42,995 nt of DNA from a virus. Its lineage: Duplodnaviria; Heunggongvirae; Uroviricota; Caudoviricetes. Shown piece by piece: positions 9,801 through 19,705 of the stretch. Made by a program: the position numbers and the translations under genes. Within the stretch, counting starts at the first letter, position 1, and every line of letters begins with the position of its first letter. Below the pieces are notes generated by a model. The model was not told the DNA's origin, did no database searches, and saw only the letters and a program-made list of their open reading frames with translations. Location of the stretch: the IMG/VR virus record IMGVR_UViG_3300029705_000072; one strand, 5' to 3'.

Positions 9801-10390
9801 GAGGTCGTAGACCGTACGTTTACGACCCTGTTATATGTGTCAAACTCAAAAATACACCCGTATGTCTTTTGAAGGGTGGACTTTGCGAAATCGTACACAT
9901 TTACATTTCCGGACGAAAATGTGCGATACTTACCTATCAGATCGTCGTCAACACTTCCGATAGACCACGATGGCACATACGACATCATGATTCCAAGGAC
10001 GGTTGATTCAGGAGACATGAGGTTATAAAACTCGTACGTACCTTCTTCGAGGCTCATCTTTTTGCGGGTGAGCTCGTATTCGAGCGAGTACGCCTTACAA
10101 CTCTTAATCTCTGCAGGACCGGACTTGGTTATTTTGGGATTGGAAAGAATGAATCTTCCTAGATCCACTACGTCCACAACTCTCTCGCCAACAACAAGAT
10201 CATATCCCGGAGTTGGTTCGCCCTCGACCTGGGCGGGTAAGCCAAATGAAAGGGTAGAAACCTCGTTGTATTTCGGCTCTACAGAAACGTTCATTGCATA
10301 CCCGAGAGTCTGCAGGTCAGTATCGTCCGCGTTTTGAAGGACAAGCACTGGACGTTCTCTTGGATCAACCTTTGAAAAATCAATAACCAA
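6890..10390 (-). CDS. Tail spike / Tal-like minor structural protein (prophage endopeptidase-tail type N-terminus)
   Basis: Start moved to TTG 10390 (SD AAGGAGG); follows TMP; coiled-coil insert; ITGGTISGGTITGGSINIG beta-helix repeats. Confidence 0.75.
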   Translation of the reverse strand: MVIDFSKVDPRERPVLVLQNADDTDLQTLGYAMNVSVEPKYNEVSTLSFGLPAQVEGEPTPGYDLVVGERVVDVVDLGRFILSNPKITKSGPAEIKSCKAYSLEYELTRKKMSLEEGTYEFYNLMSPESTVLGIMMSYVPSWSIGSVDDDLIGKYRTFSSGNVNVYDFAKSTLQKTYGCIFEFDTYNRVVNVRSTTSKPTTQPVYLSTSNLIKEFEVEENTEDIVTVLSVAGADGLDIRMVNPLGTDKIYNLDYFMNESYFTKEMIDKWNAWKKKVNDNRKLFYDTSVSRTLKTSEIFTEQHALKKLEEELAVLENSKSTYVQYLASITSDHADYAEFNTKLSEVNAKISDKNAEITNQKALIKKIEDKKSSLTEELTAIINSVSIENNFTREEFLALDRYFIEDGIEEASFVVSPVESYSDAGIFSDLGSQSIAFSGCEVTKILRVGGSDTYSIKKGTVTFTEQAAVPSPIGSFSAKVISASLERNQSTNRFVLSCYIGDGEILGKAFKSGCITVTGTCESITDDTVVDGTIGVSYMVGTSVSLNFSSAKSYFTTNVTEYESHSVAWDLYDYGQECLDRLAYPSYNFSVTSADFLRLREFEAFKKALTLGDNIYIDAEDGDNVLTPIFTGAKIDFGEAGSLSLNFSNSYKSNDPSFELVDLLEQSVSMGRTVNTERYSYNSFIDSGASTNVKNFMTSALDVSKNNILSSSNIAVSWDSSGIHCRMSDGNGGYEPEQIAIINNSIVFTDDNWQTAKMAIGAFYDKNVKKFKSDGVTVAPSWGVVAPNIVGTMIAGKNLVIESEKQDGGVSVFKVDGNGAVLHNAKFDIVSNNRHIILDPTLGFGIGTYPVINTDGTAFNEANAKFWVDTDGNIHIKGKLEGCDGEFSGKITATDSEFSGSISSSTITGGTISGGTITGGSINIGDGKFVVDDKGNLTASSGSFSGDIVGANYYALDSNGNRINMMSGGKFVSDYLELNGLTIINKNTNTPSFVVSTNGEVTINGTITGAINMGAGSSISWDSIDETGSDSYALASEAKKDAAVAKEVADAAKEGLTYIDTQNIYSPNLYGDQISLLDKSGGKVGTISLKETDTYAFDIQSQYSVRVKANSGYNTYIANGPETAFVLCSSDGYTKIGGYFALTPGTGYGYDDPPDDAIEGQVYFKLS

Positions 10391-10417
10391 TGGTTGTACC
10401 TCCTTTGCAATATAATA

Positions 10418-10446
10418 GGGTGGGGCGGAGTAAACCGCCCACACCC
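10418..10446 (-). terminator. Hairpin between TMP and Tal
   Basis: gggtggggcgg-agtaaa-ccgcccacaccc; minus-strand tail TATTATATT. Confidence 0.5.
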
Positions 10447-10456
10447 GTGATAGTGT

Positions 10457-13400
10457 TTATTTTAAAATGGCATTTCCGATTGAGGATACGCCTCGTTTTG
10501 TGAAAGCTTCTTTCAGTTCACTTAATGCGCTGTTCGCAGCAACGCGACCATATCTCGCAGCATCTGCTTCGCTCATAGAACCATTATGGCTGATATGGAC
10601 CTCTACATGAGGACTGAACACCATGGATGTCTCTCCATTATTACCAATGCCTGGTATCAAACCAAGGCCAGGTTTGGAGTACCCACCGCGTCCTGTGACA
10701 AGTGCGTGTAGTTTGGATAGGTTGATGCTCTTACCAAACTTCTTTGAGAAGTACTCTGCAATATCGACTGCCTTGTACATATTTTCTGCACGAGACTCAT
10801 CGATTACAGATTCGCCTTCTTTCAGGATAGCAAGAACCTCATCTTGCTTCAGGGTGGAACGACCCACAGCACCACCGGAGTGGAACTTCTTGATGTCGTA
10901 CAGTTTCTGATTGCCAAGCCACCAAACACCGTTACCATCCTTTGTGATTGGTTGTCCTAGATATTCGGACAATCTATTCGCCAGTATTTGGTTGTGATCT
11001 TCTAGCTTTGCGTTATCGGCTCCGGCTGTACCCCATAGTGCGGAGTTTGCCTTCATCTGCGATACTACCGCATTGCCGACTTCATCCCTTGTAAGAGTAT
11101 ACAGAGGTTTTCCGTCGGGACCATACCAAGTGCCGTCTCTGTATTCGATCTTGTTGTCAGAAGATGCGTTGTGCTTGCTTGCAATTTCTTGGTTTGCGTT
11201 TGCGTAAACGCTTTGATCGGCAGCCGCCCACCATGAAAGCGAATTTGCCTTCATGTTATCCGCGGCTACTTGAACATTCTTGTCGGTACCACTAGGTGTG
11301 TTACCTGTTGCGAATGCACCGGTAGTATATCCTGGAGCGCCGGATGTAGCAGAGGAACCAACAGTAGTTCCATCGGCGTTCATCGCTCCGATAAACGAAC
11401 CATATCTCTGTGCGGCAGCATACGCGGAATTCCACGCAGACTCAAGATCCTTCTGCAGAGTGTTACCATAATTGGTATTCCAGTTAACCAGGTCTTGGTA
11501 AAGCGAATCCCAGCCTTCCTGTATTCTGGTAATGGTTGCTTGATACAGTTTTTCTGCGCTATTGAGTGACTCTTCAAGAGCCTCTATTTCAGCATCTTTG
11601 CCTTTTTCGTAGTTCTCGAGTTCTTTGTCGAGAGCCTCCTGCTGGATTTCAAGGCTGTGATCAGCCTGCATTTCGCCAATTTCACCGAGCAGTTCGCCTA
11701 GTTCAACTTCTAGGCCGGCTCGCTTAGCGGCTGCTTCGCGGCTGTCGTCAAGGGAGAGGAGGTCGATCTGGTTCTGAAGTTTTGAGGCTTCTTCTAGCTT
11801 TTCAGCTATGCTCTTTTCGTAATCTTCCTCTTCCTTAGTGAGATCAAGCATTTCTTTCTTTGCTTCAATGATCTCTCTGTATTTGTCAAGCTCGTCCTCG
11901 ATGGCTTTGATCTTCTGGTCTTTTTCCCATTCGACCATTTCCTGAGTGAGCTCAAATATTGTTTGGATGTTATCCTTTTGGGACTTCTGTCCGCTTGAAA
12001 GGTTTGCGTAGTACTGACCAACGGAGTTTGCAGCGGTCTTGCTGAGCGCCTCCATCTTCTTGATCTGTTCGTGCGCATCGTCAAATATTTCATGACTCCA
12101 ACCCTTGGCTAGACCGGATACCTTTGCGAGCTGCAGAACGGAGTAGACCATACCCCATGTGGTGTCTGTAGCTTCGATGGTTTGTCCGGTAAGTTCCTTG
12201 AGCAGGTTAATGTTATCTGCGTCAACGGCAGCCTGAATCTGCTTTGCGTAGGAAAGGGCAGAAGTAACCACCATTTCCTCGGTACGAGCCTTGATTAAAT
12301 CTTCTACGGCCTTCTTGTCCATGACAAGCATGCCGTTTTCATCGGTCAGATAATCAAGGTACTTCGGACCCAGTTCCAGAATTGACTGCAGAGAGTCTAC
12401 ACTTAGGAGTCCTGTTTCAGCATATTCGTTCGCAGCGTCGGACAGGGTAGAATATACATTTTGTGCTGTATCTACGAGAGAGTTGCCCTTTGAAATGACT
12501 TCATTCCACTGACTGATTATCTTGTCGCTACCATCAATTATTTGCTTTGCATACTCTTGATTTTCCTTAGCGAGCTTGTCGATGTCATCAATGATTTTCT
12601 GGTAATCATTAGCCATATCTTCAGACATACCAGAAAGCACTTCTTGATTATTTACAACGACCTGATTTGTGACGTCATCGTAAGAAACGCCAATTCCGGC
12701 TTTTGCGAGTGACGCTGACTTGGAAGCAATCTTGGCTTTGTTTGCGTTGATTATATATTCGAGGGCTTCTTTTTCTAACTCATATTGAGCAACAAGTTCT
12801 TTTGTAAGATCTACGTATCTCTCCAGATCATCTGTCTTGTTTAACTCAGACTCTATCGAAGCAATTCTAAGCTGTACAGATTCTAGCCTTTTTAGGGCGT
12901 CGTACGCACTGTCGATTTCCTTTACGACTCCGGAATAAGATGCACCGGGCCCGTCTTGTTTTTCTTTTGATGGTAAATGAGCGTCTATATATGACCTTAT
13001 AAATCCATCTAGCACACTTTGCTGAGCTTCGGTCTTGCTATTGTACCCAATATAATCCCTCACATACATCGCGAGGTTTTCCTTATCGTCTACCGTCAGG
13101 TCTCTTCCGAGCATTTTGCTCATGCGGCTTGACTGGGTTTGTATAGCGTCGAAAACATCAACCATAAGTTTATTGTTTTCTTGACTTGTGTACTCTTTTA
13201 CGTATGTGCTCAGTTCTGTATAGAAACTAGATATCTTTTTATATAAATCTGTGCTTGTTATGCTAGAATCCGATATCGCCGCTCGTTCTAGTTTGTCAAG
13301 GATAAATCTATATGACTCTAGTGCCCGTCTCGCGTCTTCAACCGACCCGTCTCCCGCTCCAAGTTGCACATTTATATTATCCGAATAAACGCTTGAAGAA

Positions 13401-16090
13401 TAGGAAGACGTATATTTTGACGACTCTATTAAGTCTTTCGCCGATCGATAGGCTGCGTCGCTTGCGCTTGTATTGACGGTTCTTTCTGACATATATGCAA
13501 ACGGATTTGGCGTATTGACAAAATCATTTAGATTTTTTTCCGCAGCATTCATACCGCTAATAGCATCGGTTCTAGCGTCGGCTATCTTGGCATTTATTAA
13601 TTCCAGTATAGCGTTTTTATAACTACCATACTTTTTAATCAGGGAATCAATCTGATTCTCTTCGACTCCTAGTTTGTCGATTAAGTCTTGAGTGCTATCG
13701 ATTAAGGCACGCTGAGACTCATCACTTACATCAAGTTGTTGATCGTATAAACTTATTGCTTCCTTTGATTCATTATACGCACTAACTACATCGCCAAGGC
13801 TCTTTGCGGACTCATTGCTCTCATTTATGGCTTCCTGTCTTGCTTCCTTAACACTGTTTCTATACGCACTCCACGCAGCAACAGCCAGTGTTATAGCAAT
13901 AATGACTCCGCCGAGTACCAGTTTTGTCGCAGACAGAGATGCGTTTAGTGTATTCACTCCGGTGGCCGTTGTTGTAGAAGCCGCTCCTAATGCCTGTGTA
14001 GCTGCCGCTCCTTGAGCTGCGTACGCAGAAACACCACTAACGGATGTAATTAAGTCATCGGACGCGTCTGCTACATCAGATATGCTGTTAGCGATAGCTG
14101 CTGCTCCGTTAGCAGCATTCGAAGCCGAAAATAATCCTTTTATTGCATCTATAACTGATGATACTGACGAAAATCCGTTTAGCGCATTCTTGACAGACAG
14201 TGCACCTATTACTCCGGTGATTATTGTCGGTAGTCCGCCAAGTTTATTTGTGAACTCGGCGATCGAGTTTGCTAAATTCAGTAATTCAGTTCCGAAATCT
14301 ACTACTGCTTTTACAAGATCGGAGTTTATAAGTGTCGTAGACAGTTCCTGATATGATGCCTTGAATTTAGATATCTTACCTTCGATGCTATCTAAGTACT
14401 TTTCGTTTTCAGCCAGAGCAGATCCGGTGGCATTTGCTGCTGTCTTCAAGACATTTTCAGCGACGTCAAAGTTAGATAGCAAAGACGTAATTACATTTGC
14501 GTTTCTCTTACCGCCAATGAGTTCAATTATTGCAGACTGATCGATATTGGATAGTTCGTCCCATACATCAGAAAGTTCTTTTAATACCTGATATGTAGAC
14601 TTGAATGTACTGTCGTTAATCTGAATATCTACTTTATTTCCGGTAAGTGCTAGTATCGATTCACGTAGTTCCGATACACTATTTGCCATTCCGTCAGTAC
14701 TTTCGCCAGCCTCTTCGGCCTCTACTTTGGCAGCACGAATAAACATGGAAATAGTCTTCAGTGCAGTGCCTACGGTTTCCGGGTTTTGAATGACGCTGTT
14801 TGCTGCGGTTACCAACGCAATACTTTCATTCAACTCATTGTTTGCAGACGCAAGAGCTGAAGCAGATTTCTTTAGTGCTTCGCCAATGCCTACGGACGAA
14901 ATAGCGAAATTATTGCCTACTTCGTTGAATTTATCAACAATCATCATGGCGTTCTCGGCTTCAATTCCGAATGCCTTCATGGTCGAAATGATACTCTCGG
15001 TTGCCTCGGTAATGTTATTGATGCCATCGCCTACATTTTTATAGATAATGGCCGCATCTGCTAACGAAGATGCTTCGTCTAGAGAATATCCAAGCCGAGC
15101 GAAGTCTGCGGTGGCCGTTACGACATCTGATATTGTAGTACCTAGTTGTTTAGCTCTATTCGCTGCGTTTGATAAGAACGTATCGTATGTGCTTGCTGTT
15201 TCGTCGGTAACTTTACGAAGCTCTGTCATTGCGGTGTCGATTTGACGTACCGCATCGACCATCTTTTTTACTTCTTTATATAAAAATGTAACGAGTTTTC
15301 TAGCTGTATCCCATAACGTGAATTTCTCAGCAAGCTCTGTGAGGCGATCCTTTATGGATTTCGTGTTCTTTCCAGCGGCAATAATCGCTCTGTCATACTC
15401 TCTTATATTATGTGACGCCTTTTTAATTTCATTGGAAATCCTATTGAAATCCTTTGTTGTTGTCGTCGTAGGATCCAATTCATTGAGAAGACTACTCATC
15501 TTCTCAATTTCTCTTCCTCTGGCTGCGTACATTTCTCTAGTAGACCCAAAAGCCGCTGCAGTCCAACTATTTTGCTGCTTTTGAGCCTTTTCTATTTTCT
15601 TGCTAATCCTATCATACTCACGATAGTATAGATCCATAGATACTAATTCTTGCTCCATACTATCATTCGTAGAGGATACTGCTGCACTTGTTCTGCTAGC
15701 GCTAGAGGTTTTGCCGGAAGAACTTTTCGTTCCAGAACTTACATCTCCGGCAACAATTTTACCCTCAAGAACAGAAGCAACCTGCTCTTGAAGTTTCTTT
15801 AAAGCGGGCTTAGCATTAAACTCTGAAATGGTTATCTTAAGCCCTTTTGAAATATCTTTTTTGCTATTTAGCTCGGTTAATAAATTAGTAAGGTCTAATT
15901 TGAGCCTTCTTCGCGTTTCGGCGATGTTTAGACTAAAAACTAGGCCTCTTTTTGCAACTCGCTTATCCTCGTTTAATTTCTTGACGAGTTCAGTGAGCTG
16001 ATCTTGAATAAGTTTACCGGTCTTACCGCTAAGGGCGCCACCGCCCTCCATGCCGAAAAGCAAACCTACGTCTTGCTTTCTTGTGGCCAT
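10457..16090 (-). CDS. Tail tape measure protein
   Basis: 1877 aa; TP901-type core (IDTAMTELRKVTDET...FARLGYS...NNFAISS); hydrophobic Ala/Gly segment; long helices; KKFHSGG near C-terminus. Confidence 0.95.
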   Translation of the reverse strand: MATRKQDVGLLFGMEGGGALSGKTGKLIQDQLTELVKKLNEDKRVAKRGLVFSLNIAETRRRLKLDLTNLLTELNSKKDISKGLKITISEFNAKPALKKLQEQVASVLEGKIVAGDVSSGTKSSSGKTSSASRTSAAVSSTNDSMEQELVSMDLYYREYDRISKKIEKAQKQQNSWTAAAFGSTREMYAARGREIEKMSSLLNELDPTTTTTKDFNRISNEIKKASHNIREYDRAIIAAGKNTKSIKDRLTELAEKFTLWDTARKLVTFLYKEVKKMVDAVRQIDTAMTELRKVTDETASTYDTFLSNAANRAKQLGTTISDVVTATADFARLGYSLDEASSLADAAIIYKNVGDGINNITEATESIISTMKAFGIEAENAMMIVDKFNEVGNNFAISSVGIGEALKKSASALASANNELNESIALVTAANSVIQNPETVGTALKTISMFIRAAKVEAEEAGESTDGMANSVSELRESILALTGNKVDIQINDSTFKSTYQVLKELSDVWDELSNIDQSAIIELIGGKRNANVITSLLSNFDVAENVLKTAANATGSALAENEKYLDSIEGKISKFKASYQELSTTLINSDLVKAVVDFGTELLNLANSIAEFTNKLGGLPTIITGVIGALSVKNALNGFSSVSSVIDAIKGLFSASNAANGAAAIANSISDVADASDDLITSVSGVSAYAAQGAAATQALGAASTTTATGVNTLNASLSATKLVLGGVIIAITLAVAAWSAYRNSVKEARQEAINESNESAKSLGDVVSAYNESKEAISLYDQQLDVSDESQRALIDSTQDLIDKLGVEENQIDSLIKKYGSYKNAILELINAKIADARTDAISGMNAAEKNLNDFVNTPNPFAYMSERTVNTSASDAAYRSAKDLIESSKYTSSYSSSVYSDNINVQLGAGDGSVEDARRALESYRFILDKLERAAISDSSITSTDLYKKISSFYTELSTYVKEYTSQENNKLMVDVFDAIQTQSSRMSKMLGRDLTVDDKENLAMYVRDYIGYNSKTEAQQSVLDGFIRSYIDAHLPSKEKQDGPGASYSGVVKEIDSAYDALKRLESVQLRIASIESELNKTDDLERYVDLTKELVAQYELEKEALEYIINANKAKIASKSASLAKAGIGVSYDDVTNQVVVNNQEVLSGMSEDMANDYQKIIDDIDKLAKENQEYAKQIIDGSDKIISQWNEVISKGNSLVDTAQNVYSTLSDAANEYAETGLLSVDSLQSILELGPKYLDYLTDENGMLVMDKKAVEDLIKARTEEMVVTSALSYAKQIQAAVDADNINLLKELTGQTIEATDTTWGMVYSVLQLAKVSGLAKGWSHEIFDDAHEQIKKMEALSKTAANSVGQYYANLSSGQKSQKDNIQTIFELTQEMVEWEKDQKIKAIEDELDKYREIIEAKKEMLDLTKEEEDYEKSIAEKLEEASKLQNQIDLLSLDDSREAAAKRAGLEVELGELLGEIGEMQADHSLEIQQEALDKELENYEKGKDAEIEALEESLNSAEKLYQATITRIQEGWDSLYQDLVNWNTNYGNTLQKDLESAWNSAYAAAQRYGSFIGAMNADGTTVGSSATSGAPGYTTGAFATGNTPSGTDKNVQVAADNMKANSLSWWAAADQSVYANANQEIASKHNASSDNKIEYRDGTWYGPDGKPLYTLTRDEVGNAVVSQMKANSALWGTAGADNAKLEDHNQILANRLSEYLGQPITKDGNGVWWLGNQKLYDIKKFHSGGAVGRSTLKQDEVLAILKEGESVIDESRAENMYKAVDIAEYFSKKFGKSINLSKLHALVTGRGGYSKPGLGLIPGIGNNGETSMVFSPHVEVHISHNGSMSEADAARYGRVAANSALSELKEAFTKRGVSSIGNAILK

Positions 16091-16106
16091 ATTTTCACCG
16101 CCTTAT

Positions 16107-16136
16107 AAAAAGAGACATAGCGAAAAGCTACGTCTC
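16107..16136 (-). terminator. Intrinsic terminator just upstream of TMP
   Basis: Minus strand GAGACGTAGC-TTTTC-GCTATGTCTC-TTTTT. Confidence 0.7.
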
Positions 16137-16150
16137 AGTTGTTTTTTTGA

Positions 16151-16765
16151 TTAGTTTTTAAAATGATGGGCGTTCGTATAATCACTTCCGATTACAACAG
16201 ATACATTCCCTTTATTTTTTGTGAGAAATTCAATTACTGATTTCTGGATAAATAGAAGAGCTTCTCGCTTAGGACGGCTCTTCATAATGACATTACCGTC
16301 ATCGTCTTCGTGCATCTTCCACATGCCACCAGAGGCACCCGTGATATCTTCGTGTCCAGCCCACGGCCCGTACACGCTTCCACTAGCGTCGGTACCGTTG
16401 TTTAGAAGCGCTACTATATTATCGACACCTTGTGGGTACTTTTTTTCATACAACGAACTTCGTCTGATTGCGCTTGGATCAAAATGAATCTGTATCTCAA
16501 AAGTACCATTACTATTCATAGTAACTGGACCCCTGGTTATAGATGATCCGACATCTCGTATTGAAGCGGGCAGGGAGCTTCGAATTATTTCAATCAGCTC
16601 ATCTGCCTGCGCTTCCATATCTTTTATGGTACGAACCTTACCACCGCCACGAAGCCTTTTGTTCCCTTTAATAGCATCTAACACGGCCTTATTGGATGCT
16701 TCTTTGATATGATTGAGATTTTGCGCCTTTGATACTTTCTTCATTAGGTCGCTTGTTGAAATCAT
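16151..16765 (-). CDS. Putative tail completion (HK97 gp10-like) or hypothetical protein
   Basis: 204 aa, NIVALLNNG...VYGPW; TAATG-coupled to upstream gene; family call tentative. Confidence 0.45.
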   Translation of the reverse strand: MISTSDLMKKVSKAQNLNHIKEASNKAVLDAIKGNKRLRGGGKVRTIKDMEAQADELIEIIRSSLPASIRDVGSSITRGPVTMNSNGTFEIQIHFDPSAIRRSSLYEKKYPQGVDNIVALLNNGTDASGSVYGPWAGHEDITGASGGMWKMHEDDDGNVIMKSRPKREALLFIQKSVIEFLTKNKGNVSVVIGSDYTNAHHFKN

Positions 16766-17370
16766 TATTTTGTCTTCCCAACTCTTTTAATTTCTTTGCG
16801 TTCGGACTTGGTCTGATCCATATACGCTTGCACGATTTTCTCCTCAGAGAATCCGCCAGAGATAACCATGCCTAACATCTTGTTCAGATCCTCTGCGTTA
16901 AAACCGTCAAGTGCGTCCGTTAGCTTATCTTGTGCGTCTACAAACTTCTGCATACTTGCCTTAATGCTGTTTGCCATGGTGTCTTTCTCAAAGGCAATTC
17001 TTTCTTCGACGGCATATTCAATATCCCAGACATCCTTGATGATATCCTTTGTAATACATTCGTACAGGCTATTGTTCATGCAGATCTCGTAAGATTCTGC
17101 AATATCTTTGGGCATGGTTAGATTAGTGTAATGAGAAATCACACCTTCTCTGACCAAAAACTTGACCAGTTCTGGTACATATGTTCCGTCTTCCAGGAAG
17201 CACGAACCAACCACATCGTTAACCAGTTCAATAAGTTCGTTCACGGTAAGCATGTTCTTGACAGTAATCTCAAGCCCGTTCCAGTTAACGGTGTGGGTGC
17301 TTTCTGGTGAATTTTCCTTGATAGCCTTTTTAAGAGCAGCAAGTGTAACCGCATTATTTTTCTTTGCCAT
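16765..17370 (-). CDS. Hypothetical protein, possible tail assembly chaperone
   Basis: 201 aa, SD AAGGAGG, upstream of TMP. Confidence 0.5.
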   Translation of the reverse strand: MAKKNNAVTLAALKKAIKENSPESTHTVNWNGLEITVKNMLTVNELIELVNDVVGSCFLEDGTYVPELVKFLVREGVISHYTNLTMPKDIAESYEICMNNSLYECITKDIIKDVWDIEYAVEERIAFEKDTMANSIKASMQKFVDAQDKLTDALDGFNAEDLNKMLGMVISGGFSEEKIVQAYMDQTKSERKEIKRVGKTK

Positions 17371-17372
17371 AT

Positions 17373-17828
17373 TTATTTTCCTCCTTTAATCCGTGCGCGC
17401 TTTTCAGCGCGTCTTAACCGCTGAGCCTCTTCGTGTTCAATCCATCCTCCATATTTGAGGACACGCACGACCCAGTAGTGTTTTATGTCAGGGTAGTTAT
17501 ACCAAAACAGCTTTCTCTTTATAGGAGCCTTCTGGTCTGGCATACCCTTTACTTCAACGACAGCCTCGGTGCCGTCGGTGTATTCAATGTAAAAATCAGC
17601 AACGTATGTAATTGGTAGAACCTTTTTACCGTTACGAACGAATTCCGGCTGAAGAATATATTTCTTCTGCATTTCGTAATTCTTTATCTCACCGCTTTCG
17701 ACGCCCGGGAGGATAACCTCCTTGTAATAATCCATTTCCATCTTGCTGTCGAAAACAACGCCGTTAAACTCACGTTGCTTGCCGTCTTTCGAGACGTTAT
17801 ACTTTGATCTTTCTTCGTTTTTATCCAT
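17373..17828 (-). CDS. DUF1064 PD-(D/E)XK nuclease family protein
   Basis: SKYN...FDSKME...Q..Y.LQ...YVADF...VEVKG...KRKLF pattern. Confidence 0.8.
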   Translation of the reverse strand: MDKNEERSKYNVSKDGKQREFNGVVFDSKMEMDYYKEVILPGVESGEIKNYEMQKKYILQPEFVRNGKKVLPITYVADFYIEYTDGTEAVVEVKGMPDQKAPIKRKLFWYNYPDIKHYWVVRVLKYGGWIEHEEAQRLRRAEKRARIKGGK

Positions 17829-17846
17829 ATCAATAGAGTAGAATAG

Positions 17847-17868
17847 GGGAGGGCGTAAACCCTCCCCG
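17847..17868 (-). terminator. Hairpin after 93-aa gene
   Basis: ggggaggg-cgtaaa-ccctcccc. Confidence 0.5.
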
Positions 17869-17886
17869 ACATCTTACATATCCGGT

Positions 17887-18168
17887 TTATTCCTCGTAGG
17901 ATTCAACTACGGGATCAACTGTTTCTTCTACAGGAATATCCTTGATTTCAGTGATAGTATCTACAACTACCTCTACATCCTTTTTCTTTTTGCTCTTCTT
18001 CTGAGCTTCAGCGGGCTTTCTGGAATCGAGAATTCTCTGCAGATAAATCTGTCCGCACTCAGGTGAACAAGAAACTTCCTGCCATCTGAACACACCGGGA
18101 GTACGTACTGCGCTTCTGCATGCTTCGTACTCCTTGCCGCAGACTCTACAAATTTTCTTTGGTGCCAT
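17887..18168 (-). CDS. Small zinc-ribbon protein
   Basis: CRVC...CSPEC; SD GGAGGTG; basic then acidic tail. Confidence 0.7.
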   Translation of the reverse strand: MAPKKICRVCGKEYEACRSAVRTPGVFRWQEVSCSPECGQIYLQRILDSRKPAEAQKKSKKKKDVEVVVDTITEIKDIPVEETVDPVVESYEE

Positions 18169-18184
18169 TATAGGTCACCTCCAA

Positions 18185-18982
18185 TTATGCAACGTCTTCG
18201 GTGTTTTCTGCGAATACGATGTAGGTCCACAGGGATCCGTTTGCACCGCAAGCACCAGCCAGGGATTCTGCAGTGAAACCATGAACGGTCTGGTCGCCGC
18301 CCATATCCAGAGAGAATTCGCCGCTGAAGTCAGCCTTAGGAATGAAGAACTGAACTCTGTACAGGTTGCTGCATACGTCTTCACCGAATGCGTCTACATA
18401 CAGAACAGCCTTCTTGGAATACTTGTCGCTGATGTTTTCCAGAACACTTGCGTTGATCTGTCTGGTGTAATATACAACCAGTTCGGTGCCGTCTTCCAGT
18501 TCGCCAGCGTTGAATTCGATGGTCTTGGTGCTGGGGGTGTAGGTGAACTTGCCAGCAGCAGTAGCATCAGCCTGGGTCATTGCAATGCTGGTAGCAACGC
18601 CGTCCTTCTTCACAACGATGTTTTCGATTTCATTGCCGGTGGTGCCAACAGCCTTGAAGCTGGTGATTGCCTTGTTTTCGGCAACGGTCAGATAATCGGT
18701 CCACAGAACAGTGGTCTTCTTATTTTCGAAAGAACCACCGGTCTGAGCTTCCATCAGGCCACCAGAAACCAGACCATTGGTGCCGGTGATGGTGACAGCC
18801 TTGTTTCTCTTCAGAGAGTTCAGTTTTCTGCCGGACTTACCGGTAATGTCAACCTTTTCTTCGGTGTTGGCGATGTTTGCATTCTGCAGTTCGTCCAGAA
18901 CGAACATCAGGTCGCCGGTCAGCACGTCGAATGCGGTGATGGTTTCAAGGCTAGTGATGGCAATATCATTTACATTTACCAT
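18185..18982 (-). CDS. Major tail (tube) protein
   Basis: 265 aa; high-expression codon bias; DELQNANIANTEEKVDITG...FIPKADFSGEFSL; follows neck genes. Confidence 0.8.
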   Translation of the reverse strand: MVNVNDIAITSLETITAFDVLTGDLMFVLDELQNANIANTEEKVDITGKSGRKLNSLKRNKAVTITGTNGLVSGGLMEAQTGGSFENKKTTVLWTDYLTVAENKAITSFKAVGTTGNEIENIVVKKDGVATSIAMTQADATAAGKFTYTPSTKTIEFNAGELEDGTELVVYYTRQINASVLENISDKYSKKAVLYVDAFGEDVCSNLYRVQFFIPKADFSGEFSLDMGGDQTVHGFTAESLAGACGANGSLWTYIVFAENTEDVA

Positions 18983-18994
18983 GATCTTTTCCTC

Positions 18995-19705
18995 CTATTT
19001 ATTTGAGAGCCAGTTCAATTCGTTCTGGCTCAGCTTTTGTGCGTCAACTGTGCCAAAATAGACGCCACGCATCTTGTTGTCATAGTCGACCTTTTTAATG
19101 ACTTGTCGAACGCTCGCGTTAAACTGATAGATTGAGAGTTCTCGTGTCCCCTCGAACCCATATTTGTATTGCTCTGCGTTTACCATTGCGACAATCAATT
19201 CTTCGAGCTGCGAGTCTCTGCGTCGGTTTTTATTCCGTTTCATCTTTGTTCTCGCTCGCTCAATCATGAAGTTACGCGCAGCCGCATTGGCTGGCTTTTT
19301 TGTGTTCTTTTCAAAATGATGTATCTTCCGCAGGGTATCAGCGATTGCGGCGTGAACCGCTCTGTTTATCTGAACCCCTGTGGATTTATTAAGCAAATAA
19401 GGCTTTCCGTCTTCTTCTACCAGCTCAAAGCCTTTTAGATCAAGGTCTCCGAAAATCATAGAGGTGTCGCTTTCTCTAAGCTCGCCGAAGAGCATTAAAA
19501 AAAGCTCATACTCATTGATTTCGGAAAAATCAATTCCGATATCATCGAGCTGAACCATTAGGTCTATGGGCATCGCGGTAATAAGGGTAACGGTTTGATA
19601 GTAAGCATCCTCATTGTCTAGGATTTCACCGACTGTAGGGATCATTATGCTAATCTGTTCTGTTACCGGGACGGAGCTCTTGTACAGGATGTTTGTCGTC
19701 TTCAT
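18995..19705 (-). CDS. Tail assembly/neck-associated protein
   Basis: 236 aa, conserved position before tail tube; LSIYQF...YFGTVD. Confidence 0.55.
   Translation of the reverse strand: MKTTNILYKSSVPVTEQISIMIPTVGEILDNEDAYYQTVTLITAMPIDLMVQLDDIGIDFSEINEYELFLMLFGELRESDTSMIFGDLDLKGFELVEEDGKPYLLNKSTGVQINRAVHAAIADTLRKIHHFEKNTKKPANAAARNFMIERARTKMKRNKNRRRDSQLEELIVAMVNAEQYKYGFEGTRELSIYQFNASVRQVIKKVDYDNKMRGVYFGTVDAQKLSQNELNWLSNK

Noticed and set aside
16151-17370. Programmed -1 frameshift between the two genes before TMP
   Set aside because: No XXXYYYZ slippery heptamer at the junction; genes are simply TAATG-coupled
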